64,000 bases of DNA from Armatimonadota bacterium (GTDB lineage Bacteria; Armatimonadota; UBA5829; DTJY01), in NCBI GenBank assembly GCA_025358205.1, contig JANYKG010000082.1, positions 551-64,550 of the forward strand, read 5' to 3'. Below the pieces are notes generated by a model that was given only the letters and a program-made list of their open reading frames with translations, was not told the DNA's origin and ran no database searches. Made by a program: the position numbers and the translations under genes. This document shows, piece after piece, positions 1 to 7,741 of this stretch. The first letter of the stretch is position 1. Each line of letters begins with the position of its first letter.

Positions 1-628
1 GGCTGATGCAGGGTTTGACGTGGTATCATCCGGAAACAATCACGCGCTGGACTGCGGGCGGAATGGGCTGGTTGAGACGCTGAAGCATCTGGACGGCGCG
101 GGGATCAGGTGCGCGGGCGCGGGGGCGGACCTGTCGGCGGCTTCTGCTCCCGTGATAATGGACGTGGGCGGCGTGAAGGTGGCGCTGCTGGCGAGGAACA
201 TGCTGTTCCCGGAAGTGATCTGGTATCGAACCGATGTGCCGACCGTCGCACAACTGGACGAATCGAAGATCGAGCAGCAGATTCGTGACGCGAAGGCAAG
301 CGCGGACGTGGTGGTTGTGAGCGTCCACTGGGGCGTGGAGTATCAGAAGCGCTCGGAGGATTGGCAGATTGCGCTTGGACGGAAGATGATTGACGCCGGG
401 GCGTCGCTGGTTCTGGGGCATCACTCGCACTGCACGCAGCCGGTGGAGCGATACCACGGTGGAGTGATCGCGTACAGCCTGGGGAACTTCCTGTTCGATT
501 CACCGCAGCCGGTGTGCAAGGAAAGCATGATTCTGAAGTGCAGGCTGTCGAAGGAAGGCGTCTCGGACTTGGAGATTGTGCCGGTAAGGGTAAAGGGCTG
601 CCGTCCGGTGTTGCAGACAGGTACATAG
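1..628 (+). CDS. CapA/PGA_cap-like calcineurin-type phosphoesterase, 5'-truncated by window edge
   Basis: ORF open from the window start to TAG 626-628. Motifs GHHSHCTQPVE and YSLGNFLFD match the CapA/PGA_cap family by recall. The listed ORF start at 20 is probably internal. Confidence 0.55.
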   Translation, partial: ADAGFDVVSSGNNHALDCGRNGLVETLKHLDGAGIRCAGAGADLSAASAPVIMDVGGVKVALLARNMLFPEVIWYRTDVPTVAQLDESKIEQQIRDAKASADVVVVSVHWGVEYQKRSEDWQIALGRKMIDAGASLVLGHHSHCTQPVERYHGGVIAYSLGNFLFDSPQPVCKESMILKCRLSKEGVSDLEIVPVRVKGCRPVLQTGT

Positions 629-665
629 GTCGCATGGGACATATAGATCATATGGGAGAGAAGCT

Positions 666-1712
666 GTGAAGGACAAGATTGACGTTGGTTTCATAGGCTG
701 CGGAGGTCACTCGTGGCGGAACGTGTTTCCGGCGCTGCAGTATTCGCCGGTGAATCTGGTGGCGACGTGTGACCTGGATGAGGAGAGGGCGTCTAAATTT
801 GCCCGGCAGTTTGGCGCGCTCAGGCATTATAGCAACCATCACGAGATGCTGGAGAAGGAGAAGCTGGACGGCGTCTTCATCGTCGCCGGGTACAACGACG
901 GCAAGATCATGCACGCACCGCTGGCGATTGACGTGATGAGGGCGGGGTGCCATGCGTGGATAGAGAAGCCGCCCGCTAACTCGGTTGCCGAAGTGCGGGA
1001 GATGATGAAGGTCAGCGAAGAGACCGGCAAGTTCGTGCTCGCTGGCTTCAAGAAGTGCTTCTTCCCGGCAGTGGAGAAGGCGAAGGAGATCACCCAGCGC
1101 GAGGACTTTGGCACACCTGCATCCATCTACACGCGCTACCCGATGGGTCTGCCGTGCGAGGAGGACCGGATTCAGAAGAAGGGGATGATGAACATCCTCG
1201 ACCACATCCCGCATCCCGGCTCGCTGCTGCGGTACTTCATGGGGCCGATTGAGTCCATCTACATCGAGGACGAACGGATGAACGGTGGCGCGTTTGTGAG
1301 CGTGAAGTTCGTGAACGGGTCAATCGGGATGCTGCATTTCACGGCGGGGCAGTCGGGCGTAGGTCCGCTGGAGCGGCTTGAGGTCATCGGCAAGGGCGCG
1401 AACGTGGTGATAGACAACGGCATCAAGCTGACATACTACAGGCCGGGGAGCAGGGGGCCGTATGGGGCAACTCCTTCGTTCATCGGGCCTGATGACGCTG
1501 CACCGATCTACTGGGAACCGGAGTTCTCGCTGGCGGTGCTGTACAACAAAGGCCTGTTCCTGGAGGGATTTGTGGGTGAAGTGACGTACTTTGCGGAGTG
1601 CGTGATGAAGAACGAACCGCCGAAGAAGTGCGGGCTGGACTACGCGCTGGAGATTACTAAGCTGTACGAAGCGCTTTGCGGGCCGTCACGGCAGATTATA
1701 CGTGTGGGATAG
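666..1712 (+). CDS. Gfo/Idh/MocA-family NAD(P)-dependent oxidoreductase
   Basis: GTG start at 666 preceded by GGGAGAG (653-659). The N-terminus has the Rossmann motif VGFIGCGGHSW typical of the family. Confidence 0.75.
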   Translation: MKDKIDVGFIGCGGHSWRNVFPALQYSPVNLVATCDLDEERASKFARQFGALRHYSNHHEMLEKEKLDGVFIVAGYNDGKIMHAPLAIDVMRAGCHAWIEKPPANSVAEVREMMKVSEETGKFVLAGFKKCFFPAVEKAKEITQREDFGTPASIYTRYPMGLPCEEDRIQKKGMMNILDHIPHPGSLLRYFMGPIESIYIEDERMNGGAFVSVKFVNGSIGMLHFTAGQSGVGPLERLEVIGKGANVVIDNGIKLTYYRPGSRGPYGATPSFIGPDDAAPIYWEPEFSLAVLYNKGLFLEGFVGEVTYFAECVMKNEPPKKCGLDYALEITKLYEALCGPSRQIIRVG

Positions 1713-1714
1713 GG

Positions 1715-1815
1715 AATGGTCAGGGACAATGGTCGGAGAGAATGGTCGGATGGTCAGAGAGATGCCGACGGTGGACAATTCTGACCATTTTGACCATAAT
1801 GACCATAACGACCAT
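1715..1815. repeat. iteron-like array of four direct AATGGTC(A/G)G units followed by four inverted (T/C)GACCAT units
   Basis: Direct units at 1715, 1728, 1741 and 1750. Inverted units at 1782, 1791, 1800 and 1809. The array lies between the oxidoreductase stop (1712) and the cupin start (1841). Confidence 0.6.
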
Positions 1816-1840
1816 CAGCGTTCGATAGCGGGGTAGAATC

Positions 1841-2197
1841 ATGGAAAAGATAGTCACCAACGTTTGTGATGCCAAGCCGGCGGTCTTCCCCTGGGGACGG
1901 ATAGCGTGGCTGCATAGCGGCGAGACCGGGGCGCTGGGTCTGACGTTTGGGGAAGTCATCATCAACCCCGGTATGTCGAATCCGATGCACGGACACCCGA
2001 ACTGTGAGGAAGTGCTGTACCTGATCTCGGGCGAACTCGATCACACCTACGGCCCGGACGAGGTTTTCCACCTCACGCCGGGGATGTCTATTCGCGTGCC
2101 TGCGGGTATCAAGCACAATGCGACGTGCACCAGTGCTGAGCCTGCGAGAATGATAGTAGCTTATGACTCTGCGTACCGGGAGATGGTGGGCGAGTAG
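1841..2197 (+). CDS. cupin-domain protein
   Basis: 118-aa ORF with the cupin motifs HGHPNCEEVLYLISGEL and PAGIKHNA. Confidence 0.7.
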   Translation: MEKIVTNVCDAKPAVFPWGRIAWLHSGETGALGLTFGEVIINPGMSNPMHGHPNCEEVLYLISGELDHTYGPDEVFHLTPGMSIRVPAGIKHNATCTSAEPARMIVAYDSAYREMVGE

Positions 2198-2371
2198 GTG
2201 TTGAGATACAAGGGATACGAGATAGTTCTTGAGCAGGGCGAGAGCGGCTGGATCATCGCCAGCGTGCCGGCACTGCCGGGCTGCCACACCCAGGGCCGGA
2301 CGAGAACTGAAGCTGTGCGTAACGCCCGGGGAGCCATCCGGGGTTACCTTGCCGTTATTCCAGAGGAGTAG
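2198..2371 (+). CDS. HicB-like (UPF0150) type II antitoxin-like small protein, 57 aa
   Basis: GTG at 2198 directly abuts the cupin stop. The translation MLRYKGYEIVLEQGESGWIIASVPALPGCHTQGRTRTEAVRNARGAIRGYLAVIPEE carries the HicB/UPF0150 signature (PxLPGC.TQG.T.EEA..N..EAI). It is absent from the ORF track because it is shorter than 60 aa. No HicA partner was found. Confidence 0.5.
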   Translation: MLRYKGYEIVLEQGESGWIIASVPALPGCHTQGRTRTEAVRNARGAIRGYLAVIPEE

Positions 2372-2635
2372 ACCTGGCAGAATTGCCGGTTTTGCGCAGA
2401 TGCCTTGACGGATCAGCTTGTGCTGTGATAAGGTGTGCGTGGAGATCAGAGATGAGATTCGCGAGTGTGAATAACTGGGCTTGGCGGTGGCATAGGAGAG
2501 TTTGACCACCGGCCAGGCGGACTGAAAAGTTTGATGGAATCATTGGCCGTGGGCAGACTCCAGTCGCTCACGGTCTTTCTTGTCTTAAGGGCCGGGGGCA
2601 TTGGAAGAAGCTCCTGGCCCGACGTATTTGGGAGC

Positions 2636-2704
2636 ATGGTCGAATGGCAAAATGGTCATATGGTCGGGATCATGCAGAGTGAGACCATTTGACCATCGGA
2701 CCAT
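2636..2704. repeat. second ATGGTC/GACCAT array (3 direct plus 3 inverted units) just upstream of the trpS RBS
   Basis: Direct units ATGGTCG 2636, AATGGTCAT 2651 and ATGGTCGGG 2660. Inverted GACCAT units at 2683, 2691 and 2699. The trpS RBS AGAGGGG is at 2711-2717 and its ATG at 2724. Confidence 0.6.
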
Positions 2705-2723
2705 TCCGAAAGAGGGGTTTATC

Positions 2724-3713
2724 ATGAAAAAAGGACGAATACTGACTGGCGACCGACCGACGGGGAAACTGCACCTGGGGCATTATGTGGGATCGCTTGA
2801 AAATCGTGTGAGGCTGCAGGACGAGTACGATCCGTTCATCATCATCGCAGACGTGCAGGCGCTTACCACTAACTTCGAGAAGCCCGAGGCGCTGAAGCGG
2901 GACGTGCATCAGGTTGCGGAGGACTATCTGGCGGTGGGCCTCGACCCTGAGAAGGCGACTATATTCGTTCAGTCGCTGGTGCCGGAGATCGCCGAACTGA
3001 CCATTTTCTACTCGATGTTCATCACGGTCAACGTTCTGCGGCACAACCCGACGATCAAGACCGAGGCGAAGCAGTATGGTTATCAGGATATGACATACGG
3101 CTTCCTCGGGTATCCCGTGAGCCAAGCAGCGGACATCACGTTCTGCAAGGCGAACCTCGTGCCGGTAGGCGCAGATCAGGTGCCGCACATCGAGTTCGCA
3201 CGCAAGATCGTTCGGCGGTTCAACGAGCTGTACAAGCCGGTATTGGTGGAACCGGAGGCGCTGGTGGGCGAGGTCGGCAGGCTGGTGGGGACGGACGGTA
3301 ACGCGAAGATGAGCAAGAGCCTGGGGAACTGCATCTACTTGTGTGACGAACCGAAAGAGGTGGAGCAGAAAATTTGCGCGGCAATAACCGACCCCGCGCG
3401 CATGAGGCGTGATGATCTGGGGCACCCGGACGTGTGTACGGTCTATGCCTATCACAAGGTGTTCAATCCGGGCTTTGTCGAGGAACTTCGGCCTCAGTGC
3501 GAGACCGCGGGCATCGGGTGTGTGGATTGCAAGAAACGTCTGACTGCCGAGATCAACGCACTGCTGGAGCCTATGCACGAGCGTCGGGCGAAGTACGTGG
3601 CGAAACCGAAGCTGGTTGACGAGATATTGATAGCCGGCACGGAGCGCGCCAGGGCGGCTGCCCGCGAAACGATGGCCCAGGTGCGAGAGGCGATGCAGAT
3701 AGACTATTTCTGA
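2724..3713 (+). CDS. trpS: tryptophan--tRNA ligase
   Basis: ATG 2724 with RBS AGAGGGG. Class I HIGH-type motif TGKLHLGHY and KMSKS are present. The 329-aa length is typical. The track ORF start at 2601 is an upstream extension. Confidence 0.92.
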   Translation: MKKGRILTGDRPTGKLHLGHYVGSLENRVRLQDEYDPFIIIADVQALTTNFEKPEALKRDVHQVAEDYLAVGLDPEKATIFVQSLVPEIAELTIFYSMFITVNVLRHNPTIKTEAKQYGYQDMTYGFLGYPVSQAADITFCKANLVPVGADQVPHIEFARKIVRRFNELYKPVLVEPEALVGEVGRLVGTDGNAKMSKSLGNCIYLCDEPKEVEQKICAAITDPARMRRDDLGHPDVCTVYAYHKVFNPGFVEELRPQCETAGIGCVDCKKRLTAEINALLEPMHERRAKYVAKPKLVDEILIAGTERARAAARETMAQVREAMQIDYF

Positions 3714-3842
3714 TGGTTGAAAACGATTGACTCTGTGCTCGCAAAGTTGAGTGTATTATTGCACTTCACTTTGGTTCGTGGTATCCTATTGGTATTACAG
3801 TGAAGATGCGCTGCATTGATATTAACCATAGGTGACTGCATT

Positions 3843-3920
3843 AGGCCGCATTATTCACAAAAAGCGTGAATAATGCTCAGAAGGCCCTGGATTATTCAGT
3901 TCATGAATAATCCAGGCTAG
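3843..3920 (+). repeat. double-hairpin intergenic repeat, copy A (CCGCATTATTCAC...GTGAATAATGC-TCAGAAGG-CCCTGGATTATTCA...TGAATAATCCAGGCTAG)
   Basis: Hairpin 1 runs 3848-3858 / 3866-3876, followed by the conserved spacer TCAGAAGG. Hairpin 2 ends in CTAG at 3917-3920. The copy lies between trpS and the GNAT gene. Confidence 0.7.
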
Positions 3921-3931
3921 GGGAGCAGCAG

Positions 3932-4495
3932 ATGATCGGGCCGCGAATATCGGGCAATATGGTGAATCTTCGACCGGTCAAGGATACGGATCTGATTCGG
4001 CGGGCGAAGTGGCTGGCGGATGAGGAGACGGTAACCCATTTTACGGGAATTCCGCCTTCCGTGCGTTATCAGCTTCATGATGCGTTGAAGTGGAGGCGCG
4101 GCACTGAGTGCGATCCGCTTACCCTTGTATGGGCAATTGAGACCAAACAAGGTGAGCACATAGGTGACATTGACCTCCACGACATTGACCGCACTGAAGG
4201 CAGAGCCAGACTGACCATACTGATAGGGGACGCGATCTGTCGCGGCAAGGGATACGGCACCGATGCGTTGAGGGCCTTGATGGGATATGCATTCACCTCA
4301 ATGGGACTGGATGCCATTGATCTTAAGGTCTGCGATTTCAATTTGCAGGCGATTCGGTGCTATGAGAAATGCGGATTTGAGAAGTTGCCCTCGTGCCTGA
4401 ACGTACCCGGATTGCATCCCGGAGATATCTATATGACTGTTACCAAGGAGCGGGTCGCTGCTCTGCATTCGGATGGCAAAGTTGTTTACGCTTGA
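3932..4495 (+). CDS. GNAT-family N-acetyltransferase (RimJ/RimL-like)
   Basis: 187-aa ORF with the acetyl-CoA-binding motif RGKGYGTDALRALMGYAF. It overlaps the downstream ABC ATPase start by 23 nt. Confidence 0.7.
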   Translation: MIGPRISGNMVNLRPVKDTDLIRRAKWLADEETVTHFTGIPPSVRYQLHDALKWRRGTECDPLTLVWAIETKQGEHIGDIDLHDIDRTEGRARLTILIGDAICRGKGYGTDALRALMGYAFTSMGLDAIDLKVCDFNLQAIRCYEKCGFEKLPSCLNVPGLHPGDIYMTVTKERVAALHSDGKVVYA

Positions 4496-5762
4496 TCGCG
4501 CTGCTGTATCATACAATTCCACCCCGGTACTCAAGTCTATCTCCTTTGACGTGCGCAAGGGCGAGTTTGTCGGTATTATCGGCCCCAACGGTTCAGGAAA
4601 ATCCACACTTCTGAAGGCAATGGCGGGCGTCTTGTCGCCTGCTTCCGGTGGTGTGATGCTGGATGGCCGCGCTGTTTCACAGATACCCGGTCGCGAGTTA
4701 GCCAGACGCCTTGCCGTGGTTCCCCAGGATAACCCCATTACATTCGATTACACGGTGCTGGAGATAGTCCTGATGGGCAGGTCTCCACATTTGGGCAGGT
4801 TTCAAGTTGAGAGCGGGTCGGATTTCGACATCGCACAGGATGCCCTGCGGCGGACGAACCTGCTATCATTTGCTGACAGGAAGATCGGCGAACTGAGCGG
4901 CGGCGAGCGTCAGCGGGCGATGATAGCCCGTGCTCTGGCGCAGGAAACCGATATACTGTTCCTTGATGAGCCGACCGCGCATTTGGATATCAACTACCAG
5001 GTGGAGATTTTGCATCTGGCACGGCGCGAGAATCTGGAAACCGGGAAGACCGTGGTAGCCGTATTGCACGATCTGAACCTGGCGTCCGAGTTCTGTGACC
5101 GGCTGGTCATGCTGTGTGATGGGCGGGTTTTCGCGGACGGAACGCCTGAGGATGTGATAACGGCGGAGAACGTGCGGGAGGTCTACGGCACATCTGTGTG
5201 GGTCAGGCGTCATCCAACGTCCGGGCGTCCTTATGTGCTGTCACTCGGGAGCAGGGCGGTGGCATCCAGGCTTGCGGAGACCAGGGAACAGGGTCAACGG
5301 CTGAAGGTGCATGTTATCTGCGGCGGCGGAAGCGGCGGGGGCCTTTTTACAACCCTGTTGGAGATGGGTTGCGATGTGACAGCCGGGGTGATTAACATAG
5401 GCGATACCGACCAGGAGGCCGCGGAGGCGCTGGGGATTGAGTACGTGGAAGACGCGCCGTTTTCACCGATCTCGGAGCCGGCGGAGAAGGCGAATGCGCA
5501 GTTCATTGCTGCGGCTGATGCCGTGCTGGTGGCGGATGTGCCGTTCGGGTCCGGCAACCTGGCGAATCTGCGCGGCGCGGTGCGGGCGATGAATATCGGC
5601 AAGCGCGTGGGTCTCATGGGCGCAGTTGAATCATACGAGGAACGCGATTTTGCGGATGGGGAACTGGTGAGCGCTTTACGCAGTCTAATTGAGCGTGGGG
5701 CGGAAGTTCTGAAAACAGCCGATGAGCTGCGGGATTGGGTTGCTAAAACCAGGGGTCTATAG
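4473..5762 (+). CDS. ABC transporter ATP-binding protein (FecE/FepC/BtuD-like) with ~170-aa C-terminal extension of unknown function
   Basis: Walker A GPNGSGKST, ABC signature LSGGERQR, Walker B ILFLDEPT and an H-loop are present. Residues ~255-429 (VICGGGSGGG...NIGDTD...) are an extra domain. No permease or binding-protein gene is adjacent. Confidence 0.8.
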   Translation: MAKLFTLDRAAVSYNSTPVLKSISFDVRKGEFVGIIGPNGSGKSTLLKAMAGVLSPASGGVMLDGRAVSQIPGRELARRLAVVPQDNPITFDYTVLEIVLMGRSPHLGRFQVESGSDFDIAQDALRRTNLLSFADRKIGELSGGERQRAMIARALAQETDILFLDEPTAHLDINYQVEILHLARRENLETGKTVVAVLHDLNLASEFCDRLVMLCDGRVFADGTPEDVITAENVREVYGTSVWVRRHPTSGRPYVLSLGSRAVASRLAETREQGQRLKVHVICGGGSGGGLFTTLLEMGCDVTAGVINIGDTDQEAAEALGIEYVEDAPFSPISEPAEKANAQFIAAADAVLVADVPFGSGNLANLRGAVRAMNIGKRVGLMGAVESYEERDFADGELVSALRSLIERGAEVLKTADELRDWVAKTRGL

Positions 5763-5823
5763 TATAATTGACCGTGTGGTAAGGGATGTCTGTGCGGCGG
5801 AAATGAAGTGATCCAAACAGGCA

Positions 5824-5882
5824 AATGGCACGAAGGATGTGCGTTGTTCGTCCGTTCGTGCCATTCGTGTTTATTGTTTGTG
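5824..5882. terminator. putative bidirectional rho-independent terminator between the ABC ATPase gene (+) and rpmB (-)
   Basis: Perfect 11-bp stem AATGGCACGAA (5824-5834) / TTCGTGCCATT (5855-5865), followed by the T-rich tract CGTGTTTATTGTTTGTG. Confidence 0.5.
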
Positions 5883-5898
5883 TATGTCCAGCGGTTTT

Positions 5899-6114
5899 CT
5901 AGGCGGCCTTGACTACTTTGCCTGCCTTCATGCACTTGGTGCAGACCCTGATGGCCTTGTTTCCGTCAGCGCATACCGCTTTCACGGACTGCAGGTTGGG
6001 CAGCCATCTGCGCTTGGTTTTGGGAGCACGGAGTGCCCATGAACCGGAATGCTTGTGCCGAATATTCTGTCCGTACTGCGGGCCTTTACCGCAGATTTCA
6101 CACTTGATTGCCAT
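5899..6114 (-). CDS. rpmB: 50S ribosomal protein L28
   Basis: 71-aa translation MAIKCEICGKGPQYGQNIRHKHSGSWALRAPKTKRRWLPNLQ matches L28. It is the only confident minus-strand gene in the window. Confidence 0.9.
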   Translation of the reverse strand: MAIKCEICGKGPQYGQNIRHKHSGSWALRAPKTKRRWLPNLQSVKAVCADGNKAIRVCTKCMKAGKVVKAA

Positions 6115-6216
6115 TATGATAGACCTCCTCGGTTATGTGCGATGGAAGAGAGCATGTGGGCGCCGGTAAGGCACGCACTTGACTATAATATCATAACGGC
6201 GAACCGTTTTGCAATA

Positions 6217-6293
6217 CCCTGGCCTGCATTATGCACAAAGAGCATAATGCAGGGCCTTCTGAGCATTATTCACGCTTTTCGTGAATAATGCGG
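6217..6293 (-). repeat. double-hairpin intergenic repeat, copy B (reverse orientation, co-oriented with rpmB)
   Basis: Reverse complement reads CCGCATTATTCACGAAAAGCGTGAATAATGC-TCAGAAGG-CCCTGCATTATGCTCTTTGTGCATAATGCAGG. It lies in the divergent region between rpmB and the CBS-DUF1385 gene. Confidence 0.65.
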
Positions 6294-6304
6294 ATCTGAA
6301 TATC

Positions 6305-7447
6305 ATGCGCGATGCAGTAATCGGAAATCTGATGCGTGGTGTACGAAATCTCAGCCCGGAGGACACAATCGGAAAGGCTGCGGAGTTGTTGCGCGTGTCG
6401 GGTCTGGCCGAGTATCCGATGGTCAGCGGCGGCAGGTTGACAGGCATGGTCACCGAGGCCGCAGTGCTTAAGGCGTTGGCGACCGGTGATTCGCAGACAG
6501 TGATCGAGGAACCTGTCGCGGATATTGTGAATCGCAATATCGTTTGTGTGAATCCGTACATGAGCATCGTGCAGGTAGCCGAGGTTATGAACGATCACAA
6601 CCTTTCCGTTGCCGCGGTAGTGGATGAGCATGGCTCGTACCTGGGGCTGGCGGTTCGGTCGGATATTACCGGCGCGCTGAGCCTTACGATCAGGCCCCCT
6701 ACGGTGGCAGGCATGGCAACGCCGCTGGGTGTGTATCTTTCTACCGGGCACATTAGAGCGGGAGCGGGGGACTTTGGCTTGTTTCTGGCCGGCGTAGCGC
6801 TGATGGCGATGTACTTTGCGGCGACCGGCGTGATCTTCGGCCTGGCGTGGCTTGTTGACCGCACGGGAGCTTTCCATCCGTCTTTGTTTGACATCATGCG
6901 TTTTGAGACACGCTACACGGCGAACTGGATGGAGGTAACTCGCGCGATTATGTACGGCCTGTCGCTACCGGTGTTCCTGGGGTTGATGAGGCTGGCGCCG
7001 ATCTCCGGGTATCATGCCGCCGAGCATATGGTGGTGCATGCCATTGAGAATGGTGAGCCGCTGAAGCGCGCCAATGTGATGGCGATGCCGAGGGTGCATC
7101 CGCGCTGCGGAACAAACATCGTGGCGGCGGTAGCTCTGTTCTTTCTGGTCAGGCAGGTGCTGTCGGATGACGCGGCAGTTATGCTGTTTATCTTCGTGCT
7201 GGTTTTTGCGTGGCGTGCAGTGGGCGGGTATTTCCAGTATTATATCACCACCAGACCTCCGAGCGAGAAGCAGTTGGATAACGGCATCAAGGCCGGCGAG
7301 AGTTTGTTGGCGCAGTACAGGGCGAATCCGGGCTATCATGTAACCGGTTGGCGGAGGTTGTGGAATACCGGATTGCCAATGGTGATGCTCGGATCGGCAA
7401 CCGCCATGGGTGTGGCCGAACTTATAGGAAGATTTTTCAGATTATGA
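6305..7447 (+). CDS. CBS-pair domain fused to DUF1385 (YqhQ-like) polytopic membrane domain
   Basis: The N-terminal ~120 aa are CBS-like. The C-terminal membrane part has GYHAAEHMVVHAIENGEPL...HPRCGTN, as in DUF1385. The start is taken at ATG 6305 because the track start at 6281 lies inside repeat copy B. Confidence 0.7.
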   Translation: MRDAVIGNLMRGVRNLSPEDTIGKAAELLRVSGLAEYPMVSGGRLTGMVTEAAVLKALATGDSQTVIEEPVADIVNRNIVCVNPYMSIVQVAEVMNDHNLSVAAVVDEHGSYLGLAVRSDITGALSLTIRPPTVAGMATPLGVYLSTGHIRAGAGDFGLFLAGVALMAMYFAATGVIFGLAWLVDRTGAFHPSLFDIMRFETRYTANWMEVTRAIMYGLSLPVFLGLMRLAPISGYHAAEHMVVHAIENGEPLKRANVMAMPRVHPRCGTNIVAAVALFFLVRQVLSDDAAVMLFIFVLVFAWRAVGGYFQYYITTRPPSEKQLDNGIKAGESLLAQYRANPGYHVTGWRRLWNTGLPMVMLGSATAMGVAELIGRFFRL

Positions 7448-7459
7448 TGGAGGACTTAC

Positions 7460-7666
7460 ATGTCTATTGACGGACCGATCACGATTGAGACCAGGATTTC
7501 CGACGCGATCAAGATCTGCCCTGAAGCGCCGGAGATATTTCGAGAGATGGGCATGGGCTGTTGCGCGTGCATGGCGGCTTCGGCGGAGACCATAGGCGAG
7601 GGTGCGGAGATGCACGAGGTGGATGCACAGACCATCGTGGACCGGCTGAACGAAGCCTGCAAGTAG
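7460..7666 (+). CDS. DUF1858-like small protein
   Basis: 68-aa ORF with RBS GGAGGA (7449-7454). The Cys-containing motif GMGCCACMAA resembles hybrid-cluster-associated DUF1858 domains. Confidence 0.55.
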   Translation: MSIDGPITIETRISDAIKICPEAPEIFREMGMGCCACMAASAETIGEGAEMHEVDAQTIVDRLNEACK

Positions 7667-7741
7667 CTGGAGTAGAGAGAGTTTTGACAGGAAGCGCCGT
7701 CGTATCCGCACGGCCTTCACTATAACATATGGGACGGTACA

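Noticed and set aside
2372-2720. Search for a HicA toxin partner next to the HicB-like gene
   Set aside because: No ORF with HicA-like features was found in either orientation. Listed small ORFs such as 2355..2543 and 2446..2637 on the minus strand have no dsRBD-like or HicA pattern. The antitoxin-like gene is therefore reported as an orphan.
2601-2723. N-terminal 41-aa extension of the trpS ORF as listed in the ORF track
   Set aside because: The extension runs through the ATGGTC/GACCAT repeat array and has no RBS. The ATG at 2724 has a strong RBS and gives a TrpRS of canonical length beginning MKKGRILTG.
7684-7724. TTGACA ... TATAAC upstream of argS as a promoter
   Set aside because: The spacing between the two hexamers is 29 nt, far from the 16-19 nt expected, so it is not called as a promoter.
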